Shown one piece after another: positions 36,486-49,024 of a stretch of DNA of 64,000 nucleotides. Source of the DNA: Yuukianura sp. NJ FZ-2021 (taxonomy: Eukaryota); the NCBI GenBank assembly GCA_046563655.1, contig CM102284.1, forward strand, positions 8,928,001 through 8,992,000. Direction: 5' to 3'. Under the pieces are notes generated by a model, which saw only the letters and a list, made by a program, of their open reading frames with translations, made no database searches and was not told the DNA's origin. A program made the position numbers and the translations under genes. Position 1 is the stretch's first letter. The number at the start of each line of letters is the position of its first letter.

Positions 36486-38522
36486 TTAATAAACGCGTTC
36501 TTTGAAAATGGCAAAGAACTTTTCCGGTTCGAGAAAGAAGCCAGGAGGAGCTTGAATATTTGGCATTGGTCTGGATGGGTCATGTGCAATGTCGAATCGC
36601 TGAAAAATGCTTGTGATGAAGAGAAAGTAGTTGTCTCTGCCCATTGTTTCTCCCAGGCACTGTCTCTTTCCAGTACTAAATGGCATTAGATCCTGGTTTT
36701 TAGTGACAGTTTTTCCATCCGAACTCAGAAATCGTTCAGGTCGGAACTGTTCGGGATCTCCGTAAATTTGTTTGCTGTGATTAATCGAGTAAAAGTTGGG
36801 AATGACGACTGTTCCTTTCCGAATGTCGTAGCCTCCAAAAGTTGCATCTTCTGTAGTTTCATGGAAGACTCCTAGTGGTGTGATTGAAGCAAATCGCATA
36901 ACTTCCATCGTTAGAGCCTCTGTAAACGGGAGACTGAAACGTTTTTCAGAAAAAGTTGAAAAATGGTTTTGAAAGTTAGTTTTTTGAGGATTTTTTTTTG
37001 AAATTTGGAACAAACTTTGGGCGATCAGCTAAAGTCGGTAAGCGGTTTTTGCCGACCACTGTGTCCAATTCCTTCTGAAATTTTTTCTGCACATGCGGAA
37101 ATCGTATAAGGTACAAAATTGTCCATGCAATGAGCGATGAAGTTGTGCCGGCTCCAGCGCCGTACAAGTCACTAAGAATTGTTTCGAGCATCTTGTCTAG
37201 ATTTCGAAATTTTGAAAATCCCAATTTTCGTTTTTTTCAATTTTGCAAGAAAGCTGGTTTTTGAATTTGTTAAATTCTTACGTCCTCTGGCTCCATAAAA
37301 ACTAGAGTTAGGATCTGTTGTTTTTTTGACTTCTTGGAGATAGACGTCGATTAAATCTCTTGGTTGACTTGCGTCAACGGGATGCTCAATGTGATCTTCA
37401 ACCGCATCTGAAAAATACTGTAATACTGGTTTCACTTTTTCCGTAAAATTCTCCCAACTTTTGAGCATAAATTTTGGCAAAATATCCAGCAATTCTGGAA
37501 ACAAGATGAAGAGTCCAGCTGATTGTCCTACGTCATTGAAAACCCTATGTTGAAAAAATTAGTTTGGAATTATCAGGGGGAAAATTGAATTTTAACGCGT
37601 TTTGCAAAAATATGAATTTCAAAGGTTTGAAGCTTTTACTTGGTGAGTGAGTCGATCATATGCTGTAATTTTGTGTCGTCTTGATTTTGTCTCTCTCCCG
37701 CCATCATTGTCCAGAGTGTGCCCACTGTTGCCAACACTAGTCTTGGTTTTACTTCTGTTGGAACTCCTTCGTTTTCTTTCATCCATTTCAGAAATTCGTG
37801 AATTTCTTCCATGATCAAACCCTCCATAGACTTTTTTCCAAAACCAAAATCGCGTAGACTCCTCAGAACAAATCGGCGTTGTTCTAAAAATCGCGATTTT
37901 TGAGTTTCGATTTCAGGGGAACAAGTGAACTGCTTTTGGTTTACTTCAACCGAGGCTTACCTGCCCATTCCTGGCCTTCCCCACTTACTATGCCTAATAA
38001 ATATTATAAATAATTAATATAAAATATAAAATTCAATTTTTTTTAAATTCTGTCCCACCGTGTTTCCCTCCTGAAAATTCTGTGAAAGCTGGGTTGTCTG
38101 TTCTACCATTGAAAGCTGGGTGGTTGAACGCTTCACGGACTAACTTTGCATCGTCAATAATCAAAGCACTGGAAAAGTTTTTTCAAAATTTGTACTAATT
38201 CCTATTTTTTTTTTCTTAAAATATGAAATTTTGAAAAGTTAAGTTACTCTCTGAATCCATATTTGGTTCGGATGAGAGGTCCATATTTTTTGGCCCACTG
38301 TTGAAACGTAATTTGTGGATAGGCTCCAGCAGTATAAATTCCACTCAAAAACGGAATGTTCCATGGTCCTGTTTTCAAAATTTTGTTAAAAATCAAATGA
38401 TTTTACTAATTCAAATATTCTGAAAACTGACCTGGAGGAAGATTTTGTTTCTTCTTGATTAAAAAGTAGTAGATGACAAAAAGTCCTGAAAGTATAAAAA
38501 CTAGGTCCAGTGCAGACGCCAT
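36486..38522 (-). CDS. Cytochrome P450, CYP2 clan, copy B (recent tandem duplicate)
   Basis: Same exon structure as copy A and very similar sequence: AGAGTT, EVMR, PERF, PFSTGKRQCLG. Confidence 0.95.
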
Positions 38523-39179
38523 TTTCCCTGGATTCCAGCGCTAGTCAAACTCAAAACGAACAATGAAATGATCTTTGTATTAGTCACAAGTCTTTTTGTG
38601 GGCTTTCGAAAGAGGTAGCAATTGAATTTGAGTGGTCAGTTCAGAATATGGAGTGCACAAAGGCAAAGCAGTGCCATAAAGTGCTTTTTTTTAAAGATAA
38701 CCTTGCACCAAACTAAATCTACAACGTTTGTTGTAGATTATATGCATAACAGGCAACCTTAGTGTGAAAAGCGTTTTTTTTAAGATAACCTTGGACTAGA
38801 CTTAAATCTGCATACAACAGATGCAAAACCATTCTAATTTTTTCACCCTCATGTGATCACTGTCACATAAGTGTTGTTATTCCAGTAGAGATGACAAGAT
38901 AAAAACGAAATAGCTGACAATAGTCTAATCCTGGATGTTTTTGTTTGAATTTGAAGGTCAAAGGTCACGAATATCCACTGCTCCTGCTGCGCCGCGTCTG
39001 AAGTGAGTCCAAGAGGAATTGTCAAGACAACGAGTAATGTATCCAGATTTTTTTAAACATGAACATAAAAGTTTGTCGCAATAATAATTCTAATTTTTTA
39101 TTACGTTTGTTTTTGTAGTTTCGAAGTTTCGTATGTGTCTTGCGTTGCACGTTGGCTAAACTCCATAACTTTTACAAAA

Positions 39180-41095
39180 ATGACAAGTTATCGACCACCA
39201 TTTGGACGACGGAGGGGCGGAGACACGATGGTTGTGCTAAGTCGTCCATCGCCTCAAGCGTTCAGCAGAAGCAGAACCGCTGACCAATCAGGACGCAGCA
39301 TGGGGCCCTTCCGACCAATGACCTTGACCCGTCCTGTGTCATCTCTTGGTCAAAGTACGAAGAAAGAGAATTTTGAAGACTTTGTAGCCAGGATGATGAA
39401 GACTGACGAATTTGGGCCTGGACTGAAAGTACATTCTGCTCAGACCACATTGGCCAATGGCGTTGATCCTCTGCAAAGCGAAGAACGGAAAAAACAACTT
39501 CAGTTTCGTCTTCAGCAGCGTCTGGACAAGCAGTCAGAATCGCTTCAACGGCAGTCGCAGGATCAGCGTCAAAACGACGGCGAGAACAACGTCAGACAGA
39601 AAAATGACGCAGGCGCAGACGGAATCAAATCGCGATTTGGAGCTGGATGGGATGACATGCGATCTTTCCAAAACCGAAAACGAATTTGGAAGTCATCGCT
39701 CAAATCAACTCTGAAATTCTTGCAGGTAGATTTTCAAAATTCATAAAAACAAAAATTTTTGGAACTTTTTTTGAAACTTTGAAAAAACTTGAAATTTTGA
39801 TTCACCAGGGCTCAAATTACAATCAGCGTCCAAATCCAAGTGAGTTGGACGTTGATTCATCCACTTTGGAAATTCTCGCAAAACGCCCGGCGGAAAACGA
39901 CACAAAAAGCAACTTGACAGACGATTTGAACAAAATTCTTCAACGGGGATCTGCGTTGCTTCTTGGCAAGTATTTTAAGAAAAGAATTTTTTCAGAGAAT
40001 GTTTTTTTGAAAGTTCAAAATTGACTTTTTGTGTATGTTTTGTGCTTTTCCAGCCTCATCTGCTTTGAAACCAAGGTCAAAGGTCAAGAAAGAGCCACTG
40101 AAGAAACCAATCCATCATTCTCCTCCGTCAACTTCTGTTGTGTCCAAACCCAAAACGAAAAGTGGACCACAAGCACATCCAATGTTTGAGAGAAATACGA
40201 CATGGAAAGACTGGCTCCAAGGAAGTGGATTTCCATTTGATGAATTTGAAAACGAAATTTCAGGAGCCATTAAAACTGCAGCGAGAGAAATGAAACGAAG
40301 TATCGGTGGTGAAATTCCAGAAAACTCTGCCAGGAAAAAGCCATTTGATGGTATCAAAATTTCATCTCTTGTGGGAACCAATGCCGGAAAAGTTCAAGTA
40401 AGAAAATATTTTTTCGAAATGTGAAGATTGTCTAAAAATTTTGACATTTCAGGGATTTCGACAGAGCAGAGTTTTGGGTGAGCAAGACAATATGAATCCA
40501 CTTCAACTCAAAATGGTCCAAGGACTACAAGATGCTGAACTGTCTTCGTTCCTGGAAAATCATGGACGTCGGAATCCCGATTTCGGAATGCAAATTATTC
40601 CGGGACGAGCTCTTGATCCAGGAAGCGAGTTTTCTACTACGCCTCGTGGAATGTCCAAGGTCAAAGGTCAAAACATTGGTCGAGACCATACGTCCACTTT
40701 GGAACCAAAGTTTCGCGCTTTGCCCCGAAGTGTCAAGAGTCGATTCGGAGAGGACTTTGGAGTCGTAAGGAAAGATGAGTCTGACAACAAGGATTTGTCA
40801 GAGTACGGATCAAATCGCAGTCCACGATTCCGTAACAAATCTCCTGATGTGCCAAAAATTGATCGGTAAGCTTCTGTCAAAATTTTGAAACTTAAATTAT
40901 GTTATTTAAACTAATTATTTAAATTGTTCTTATAGCCTCAAGAAGCTGAGTTTCATGGATGTAACCAAATCACAGTTCATTCGAGAGATGAGACAACACC
41001 AAAGTCAGTTTCAGCAAATGAAATCCAAGGATGAAATGCGGAAATCATTCCCGAAAACGTATATTTTTCCGCATCACATTCGTCGCAAAAAATGA
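39180..41095 (+). CDS. Uncharacterised, largely disordered basic protein (about 5 coding exons)
   Basis: ORFs 39135-39746, 39686-40024, 40029-40424 and 40441-40869 are joined by GT-AG introns. The last exon, 40936-41095, ends FPHHIRRKK then stop, followed by AATAAA. No domain recognised. Confidence 0.65.
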
Positions 41096-41878
41096 TTAAC
41101 TTACTGCCTCCGCTAACTAATTATAACTACACTTATAAATAAAACTGAATAAAACCTGTTAACACAAGCATTGTGATAAGATGTTTATGGCAAAAATTAT
41201 TAACTGCCCGGACTTATTAATTACCATAAAATAATGTTAATTACATTTGATAATTAATTTATTAATTAAAACCAGTTGGCTATCTCGCCTCTTCGCTTCG
41301 TATAATCTCCGATCTACTTTTCTGCTCCCCCGTCCATCTCCAATGTAAAAGACTCCTCAAAAATCTTCAACTTTCAAACACAACAGACATTCCTTCATGT
41401 TTTTCCGTTTTAGAAAACGTTTAAAAAATTCAACTTTGCACTGGTCAAAGTGCAGAATTGTGTCCAATCTTACAAAAATCGTTCAAAAATTCGCATATTT
41501 TAAAAAAAAATCAATCAAATATCTCCAGAATGATTCGAAAAACAAAGTATTTCATCTTCGTGTTCTTCAAAACTGAAGTTAAGGTTAGTTTTTTTAAGTA
41601 AGTCTTGAAGAACGACGGCACTGAACGCTGCCAGCGACTGTTTCATAACGTTTATGCTTTAGAATACTGGCTTCAAAAAATTTAGAGTACAATTTTAATC
41701 CTGTTTTAAAACAAAGTCGAAATTCAAACACAAGTAATATTGCATCTTCGAAGAGTGGTGGAGTCGAAGAGAGTTGGTAAACTGAAACCAAAAAAAATAA
41801 AAATAACTTAACATTTTTCATTCTTTTGTAGATTCCGGAAGTCGGAATTTGAAACTCACTGTTTTTCGTTTCCAGTTT

Positions 41879-43534
41879 CTAATGCTTTTTTCCCGTGTGG
41901 GATTTCCGGCGCCCGGGTACTTCCGAAGAACTTTTCTGCTCGTTCACTACGCTGGTGCGCTTCGTGACTCCCGCATGCTTCCCTTGTTCAGCATGTCCTG
42001 CAGTGCCGTCATGGTCATGAGCTCCTGCTGCAGCGACGTCTCGAACTTCTAAGTTATGTGGACTCGTTACCGATTTGACACTCAGAACGAGAGATTTTCT
42101 CGGAGCAGTGTCGTCAATCTGATTAGTCACAATCGGTTCCGGTTCTTCTGGAGCATCGGACGTAAAATCTTCTTTGTTATCCGGTAGAATCAGAATCATG
42201 AGTGCCGTGACCACGAACAATCCAATGAAGATGCAAACGGCCACAATCGTGTAGACAACGGCCCGAACTCGGATGTAAGTAAAACCACGGTAAGAGTCGT
42301 GGAGTGGATGATCGTCTCCGTCCCACCAATAAGCCGAACTGAGTCCATTTCCATCAACGACAATACAGGCATAAAAGCCTTCATGCTCCGGCTTAGCTCC
42401 AGATTTCGGAAAATGTAGTGCCGTTCCGAGTAATACATGCTCAGCCGTATCTGATAAGAGACCTCCTTTGCCCCCAGTTTCACAAATGTCCTTGAGCTTA
42501 GTGGTGTCCATACTTTTCAGCTAAAAAAAGTTACAAGTTTGAGACAATTAACAAACTTGTTCAATTTTGACTTGTTTAGAAAAATCCTTACCTTCAAAAA
42601 CTCCTCGTCTGGCAAGTGTGCTGCAACCTTAGTGTTATTTCGTAGGGTCTGTTCGTCCCAGAACAAGTTGTCCAGAGTTCCGTCGTCAATTGGCGGTCTA
42701 CCTTCATAGTAGCGATCCACATCTTTCGGTTGCTCTTTCTTGGGAAACTGCCAGTAGAATTGAAACGGAGTGGGAATGTAGTAGAACCTAGCTGGTTTCT
42801 CTTTGATCCGTTTGTACATAGAGAGGTCACAGGTCACTTGGTCCATTGCATTGGCAGGGCCTTTGAGTTTCTCAGTGAACATAAGGGGTGGAGTGGATGT
42901 CAAGGCCAAAGGGCGCGTGAAAACGTTGAAATAGTGAATGTACGAGCCAGATTGACACGAGTACGTTCGGTAGTAGAAACGTTGAGCAGGAGCCTTGAAC
43001 CTGTACGGTTTCTTGGTCGACTTTCTCTTGTCGTCGTTGAACGGCTTACTGCCTCGGCCGTACATTTTCCATGAAGCGGCTTCTCCACAGGGACAATTCA
43101 GAATTGTAGACTACAATTTCAAAACATGAACATTTCAAAAAAAAATGAAAATCCAAATAGAATTTTCAAAAAGATGAACTGACCGTGTCTTGGTAGTTGA
43201 GGAAAACAACACTGCCAGTATAGTTGGCCATGTCTGGAGCGTCTCCCTTGTCATACAATTGGTAGAAATGATGATGCAGTCTGTAGTCGAAGAGACCACG
43301 GTAATTGGTGTACAGAAAAAGTTGATGATTTAAAGTCTCTTCTTTTCCAGCTTTGCAGTCATTGGCGAGCGTTTTATTAAACTTCGTCTCAAGTTCTTTT
43401 TTGATTGGGTTCCCATATTTTTTGATTATTTCATTCTCCGTAAGCTCCGTCTGACACTTGACGGGTCCTGGCCATGGTGACAACCCAAGCAACAGTAGTG
43501 CCACCAGTGGCAGGCGACACTTCATCCTGTCCAT
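41879..43534 (-). CDS. Type I membrane protein with two probable Ig-like domains (3 exons)
   Basis: Signal peptide (LPLVALLLLGL), ILNCPCGEAASW...YSC, QVTCDL...FYW...EHEGFYACIV, TM AVVYTIVAVCIFIGLFVVTALMILIL and a short cytoplasmic tail. Confidence 0.6.
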
Positions 43535-43958
43535 TCACACACAAAGAAAAAGTTTAGTTTCAAATTGAAGTTGAGCTTCTTTTTTGACAAAGGAGATCCA
43601 CAATTTGGAGATGTTTTGAATTTTACCTGTTTGATTTTGGTCAAAATTTGTTGACTACTTAGATCTCCGGTTGTAAAATCATGGAAACGGGAGATCCATT
43701 GTCGACAGAAGCCAAAAGAGAGTCGTCGGGTCAAGCTGAGCGAATTGTCTTGCGTCAAGGTCGTCACGGCGCAACTCGAATCAACAAATCTGCAACAAAA
43801 CACGAAATCAGCATGGCACCTTGGAAACTGAGGTCAAAGGTCACAAAAAATTGAAAAAGAAGAAAATGAGAAATGAAAAAAAGCACATTTTTTGTATAAC
43901 TTTATTAAAGTGGTTTAAACTTAGTAAAAAATTGATTGAGTTTAGGTAAATCCTGACC

Positions 43959-45860
43959 TCAGCTTATGTCAGCCAGGCGCTCGCATTTTTGGTTCCCACG
44001 TTCCTTTGAATTCTCCAACTTCGCAATTCTACTGCCAAATTGCATCGCCCGTTTTGGAAATAACGCAATTTGAGTCGCCTGATTTCCAAGTAGAGTCAGA
44101 GCCGTTGCTCTCAGTAACAGTTTTTCACCAACTCCACGCTCGAGGCCCTCCAATGGACAACATTTGACCCAAAGGTCAACTTCTGTTGTCAGAAATTTCA
44201 CTACGGATTCATCCAGAAACGGCATTCTTGGAGCCACTCCATGATCAGACACAATTCGGTTGTCACGACCCAAGTTCCGAATTGAAATTCTGTCGACATC
44301 TTCTTGCATTGTTTGTCTAAGGGATTCCCAGCCACCATTTTTGAATGCCGTTCGGAATCGACTGTACCCGCCAAGAAGTTCATCAGCACCAGAACCAAGT
44401 AGGAGTACTCGGGCAGTAGATTCGGAGTTTCCGGAAGCTGCGAACCACAGACAGCATCCGATTGAGTCGTCCAGTACACTGTTCATGGGTGACAGGAGAT
44501 GTCGGATCCGGTTTTTTCGAACCGGTTCGATCTGGGATTTGGTGACATTGACCTTAATGAAGTTGAAGTTGATCTGTGGGAACTTGGATTTCAAAAGTTC
44601 AAATGAAACTAATCCGGTTTCTCTGTCTGGAATGGCAGCTTTGAGCAGAATGTCGTCATCTTGGTAGAAGGCGACATTGATCAAGTCCAAGGATTCACCG
44701 GGTAAGAGACTCTCTGCTGCCAAGTACGCAAGTACTGTTGAATCAATACCGCCTGAGAAGAGGACACCGATTTTAGAATGTGTACAAATTGCAAAATTTG
44801 ATACACACAGTTTGCAATAAGGTGGTTGAACTTTGACCCGTTTCTGGACGGCCGATCGAAGGTGACTCAAGAACTGGCTGATTTCGGATTCCAGAATCCT
44901 TGAAGCATGGATAAGTTGCTCATCGCGAGGGACTTGACAAAGGTCCATAAGTTTTGAAAGTACTGGATCTGATACTGGATTGGTCGAAATGGACTTCAGC
45001 AGTGTCGGAATACATTTTATGGTTGAGTGGCCAGCTTCCAGATGAATGCTGCATCTTCCAAGAAACGTTTTGAAGTCGTTAAAATAGGAGTTAATTTGGT
45101 CCCTGGGGTGCGATTCCCATTGAAAGGATGTGATTTGTTTGGCTGGAATTGAGTAGCAGTAAATCCCAAACGTCGGAACTTCAAATACGCTTCGGAAGGC
45201 ACTTATGGAGGAAATGATTAACGCCTCTGGATCGTCGTAGCTAACGAGCAGACTTTCTCGACCGAAAAAATCTCGTCCGAACCATATCTCGCCTCTTGGT
45301 TTGTCAAAGTAGACGAATGCAAATGGTCCCTCCAGGGAACTGAATACTTGAAGAAATTCGGTTTCGGTGGAAGAGGCCTCCAGACGATGAAATAAGTCCA
45401 ATCCATCGTGGTATTTTTCTTGACTTTCATGTTCTCCGTAGAGGTCACCGTTGAACAGCAAAAAATGAGTCCTTGAAGGGTTCGTATATGGCTGAGGTTC
45501 TGGTCGTAGCCCTTGAGTCCATAGGACATCACCAGAAAGGTGAACGATTGTTGTTAAATCAGCGTAGTAACTTTCTCTCACGGTTGCTGATGACGAAATG
45601 TCTGGACCACGAGAATGGAGCAACTTTTTCATCAAGGCCAAGTTACTCTGCAAATAATTAACGTTAATACAACAACTGATAATTAGACCATCCTTAATTC
45701 TATGAAAAATACTAAAAACTAAAACACATAATCTAGATTTTACCTGGCTTTCACCACTAAAAATCGTAGAACATACGTTTTCAACTTGGCAGTCCCCGGC
45801 ATCGGTGCCGTATTGGCAGTCAGTTTTCTGATTTCCTATGCAACACAGTATTCCACACAT
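43959..45860 (-). CDS. ASNSD1: Asparagine synthetase domain-containing protein 1
   Basis: N-terminal MCGI, RGPD, LFNGDLY, GRDFFGRESLL, VLFSGGIDS, PDRETG, GSGADELLGGYSR, RNLGRDNR, PFLDE, EKLLLR and KRAMQFGSR. A probable 96-nt in-frame intron lies at 45648-45743. Confidence 0.93.
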   Translation of the reverse strand: MCGILCCIGNQKTDCQYGTDAGDCQVENVCSTIFSGESQVKSRLCVLVFSIFHRIKDGLIISCCINVNYLQSNLALMKKLLHSRGPDISSSATVRESYYADLTTIVHLSGDVLWTQGLRPEPQPYTNPSRTHFLLFNGDLYGEHESQEKYHDGLDLFHRLEASSTETEFLQVFSSLEGPFAFVYFDKPRGEIWFGRDFFGRESLLVSYDDPEALIISSISAFRSVFEVPTFGIYCYSIPAKQITSFQWESHPRDQINSYFNDFKTFLGRCSIHLEAGHSTIKCIPTLLKSISTNPVSDPVLSKLMDLCQVPRDEQLIHASRILESEISQFLSHLRSAVQKRVKVQPPYCKLCVSNFAICTHSKIGVLFSGGIDSTVLAYLAAESLLPGESLDLINVAFYQDDDILLKAAIPDRETGLVSFELLKSKFPQINFNFIKVNVTKSQIEPVRKNRIRHLLSPMNSVLDDSIGCCLWFAASGNSESTARVLLLGSGADELLGGYSRFRTAFKNGGWESLRQTMQEDVDRISIRNLGRDNRIVSDHGVAPRMPFLDESVVKFLTTEVDLWVKCCPLEGLERGVGEKLLLRATALTLLGNQATQIALFPKRAMQFGSRIAKLENSKERGNQKCERLADIS

Positions 45861-46955
45861 CCTGTACACTGCAACTGTTGCAATCTGTACTAAAGATCTA
45901 ATTATCCAACAGTTACTGATTAATTGGCTTGTTAATTAATTAAATCCTGATACTAATAAACCTAATCCCGTTAAATTACGAACAAACAATTCAAAAACTT
46001 TTCAAAATTGTTAAAAAAAATTTTGTTGCAGAACTTTTCCGCGCGTTTTGTTTTGAAATCCAAAAGTTCAAAACTATTGTCTCAAAGTGCCCCTTTGGAA
46101 AGAAATTTTAGAAACGTTAGCTATTGTCACACAATGTAACTCCACGCAAACTTTTCGGAAAAAAGTGAAAGGCGTCCAACTATTTTCAAAAAAAGTGGAA
46201 TTTTGAAATAAAATCAACTGAAACATGACCTGACTTTTCTAAAACTTTTTCTAACCTCTCCCTTAACTTTCTCTTTTGGAAACATGAGCTGGTGTCGTCA
46301 CTTCCCTGGAAGTTGTTAAGTGTTCTCTGCTTGTTAAATTCAAAACTTTCTCTCCTTTTGCGCTGAATCATTCATGGGTTTAAAAGTTAGGAGAAACAGC
46401 TTTCCCTTGTTACAAAAACCCAACTTTATGATAACTTTATATCAGCATCACAGAAAAATAAACTTTATTTTTACATGTACTCTTCTATCTCTTTTATCCA
46501 ATTACCAAAGTTTAGAAACTTTGAGGTTGTTCGTGGAATTGGAAAGTTCAGAGGTTAGCACTTTCTCCTGTCGACACCTTTCTCCTGCTCCGAGAAAGTT
46601 TCAATTGAAAATCAAAATAATCGCTTCCATTTCTCCTCTTCATCCAATTCCAAACAAAGGATTTACATTTTAACGAGCTCTGAGCCTTCACTCTTCAAAA
46701 AACTTCACTTTTTTGAATTGTGTTTACTCAAATTTCAGTTTTTGAAGAAATTCTGTCTGCAGGTGACACACAAACAGAAAAACTTTTACAAAATATTTCG
46801 TGAAAGTGGAGGTGAAAGTTGAATAGAAAAAAAATACAACAATTCGTCCAAACTTTATATTCAAAAATCCACTGGAGCTGTACCTTCAAAATTTCTAAAT
46901 TCTTTCACAAAATCTTGCGTAATTTGAAAAATTATGAAAAAGTGAAATTAGGTTT

Positions 46956-49024
46956 TTATGAAATTTTATTTCTCCTCTCCAGAAGTTGTTTTAAAACGAG
47001 TGTTTTGAATTCTGGAAAGTTGGCACAAGCACTACTGGAACTTTTGACCTCGTCTAAACTTTTTTCCAGCGATGCACTGAATTTGTGAAGGTCAAAGGTC
47101 AAGTTAAGTTGAAATTGTTGAATTGTAGTGAAAATTGAGTAGAAGAGTGGTTCGGGGCCATTAGGAGTGAATGACAGGGCGTTTCCATGAATCGCTGCGA
47201 CTCCAGTGCTATGAACTGTGTGACAGGCACTTCCTGCATGACACTGGAAATGGCGGAAGTTCCATTCGCAAGATAAAAGATGCAGTTGATCTGGATTCTC
47301 TTCGAAGTAAATGTTCAGCACATCCTAACACAATCAACCAAAAATTAAATTTTAATGGAACCAATCAAACCAAACACAACTCCTGAAAGTTTATGACTCT
47401 AACAAATTTTAGAAAACAGTTTTATGGCTGGAACGCTTCCTGGAGAAAATTTCTCCAGGAGCTGTTCCAGCTTCCAGGACGCTTCCAGCGCTACGCTGTT
47501 TTCACTTCCAGTGTTACGCTGCTTTCACTTTCAGTGCTACATACGTTGGGTCTAAATGTTCCAGAGTGAACATAAAATAAGGAATGGAGCGCGTGATTTT
47601 AATGTAAGATTAGGTGACACATTCACACAGATGAGAACCAAACGCTGGAAAAACGCTGGAGAAATGCTGGAGAAACGCTGGAAGAACAAAAGGAGACGCT
47701 GAAAAAAGTGAGGGAAAGTTTGAAAATAAAAGACGTACGCTGGAGGTGGCCATTTTTATGACTTTCTCTATTCCAAGCCTTTTTATGACTCGAAATTCAG
47801 CGAAAAGTGTGATTGGATGTGCGGCTTCAAATCCCACAAGGAGAAAACATATTTTTTCGAAAAAGTTTTGAAAAAAAAAATAAAACAGGAAATCTACTTT
47901 CACCATTTAAGTACTACATGAATTCCAAGTAGGAGATTCAAGATTTTGAAAATTTTGAAAATTTTATCTTCGTTTAGATTTTTACCTGATCTGCCAATTT
48001 GATCTGTGATTTGAATTTGATCGAAATTTGATTCATTTTTTTCGTCCACTGGACCAATCTCATTCGAGTTAAATTCATTAGCATAATTCCAGCGTTGAGT
48101 CCAGAAGATCCGTAATAAGGCACTAAGTTTCTGGAAGTTCCGTAGTGTACTAGACAAGGTGCCATTGCCGCAAGGTCATTGACCTTGAATGACCTCAATT
48201 CTGACCAAAGGTCACGGATACTTCGGAAGAAAATAATGTCAGTGTCTAAGTACAGGACGGAGTCGTAAGGCAGAATGTCAGGCAAAAACAGACGCAGAGT
48301 GGCACAAGGTCGAAAGAGAGAACGCATCCAAGAGGTTCCTGCAAAATCGAAATCAAAATTTTAAAAATTTTAGAATTTAAATTTTTAAAGTTTGAAATTA
48401 CAGAATTTTAAAAGTTGCTTCTACGCTTAAACCTAAGCACTTGCCTGATGGATATCTAAGCGGCACAAAAACTAATTCCAAGTGGCGTGTAAATTTGGCA
48501 TCCCAGGTATCGGGATTTTCAAAAATTTGAGTTTTCAGTTTTTCAAAATTTTGTTTCTTGTTTGAAATTATACTGATTTGAATACATGAACTTTCACTTT
48601 CACTTTCAAGTTTAATTAAAACAGACTTGATTAACACCAAAGTTTGATTCATTTGACGTTCAAAAGCTGTAGCTGCTCCAGCCTTACTTTCTCCCTCATC
48701 GCACAAAATCAAAACAACTTTAATTTCACAAATATCGTGACCTTGACCTTTGACCTCTGACTTTGACCTGCCACCATCATTAACCTTGATCTCGGTTTTC
48801 AAGGATCCAAATCTTAAGTCTTCAACTTGTTTCCAACTGATTTCAAAAATCGTTACAACGGAGTAGGCCAACAAGAGCGCAAGTACCGTCGCAAGGGCTC
48901 CGTTGATCAAATTCGTTGCAAAGTACCGTTTCGTTCCGGATTCCGACGATACCAAGCGGTTCCGCATGTTGGATCTGTCCAACCTCCGAATTCGGTTTAG
49001 TTTCTTGTCTTCTGAATTTTTCAT
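46956..49024 (-). CDS. Glucoside xylosyltransferase-like (GT8; GXYLT/shams type), 3 exons
   Basis: Type II TM anchor, LFRPCATLRLFLP, DSVLYLDTD (DxD motif), PYYGSSGLNAGIMLMNLTRMR, ADQ|DVLNIYF, CEWNFR and IHGN. Confidence 0.88.

Noticed and set aside
46500-46600. Minus-strand peptide RQEKVLTSELSNSTNNLKV upstream of ASNSD1, reminiscent from memory of the ASDURF upstream ORF
   Set aside because: The frame has no ATG, is closed by stops on both sides, and lies before an AATAAA-like site, consistent with the GXYLT 3' UTR. A tBLASTn or HMM search with ASDURF plus full-length cDNA would settle it.
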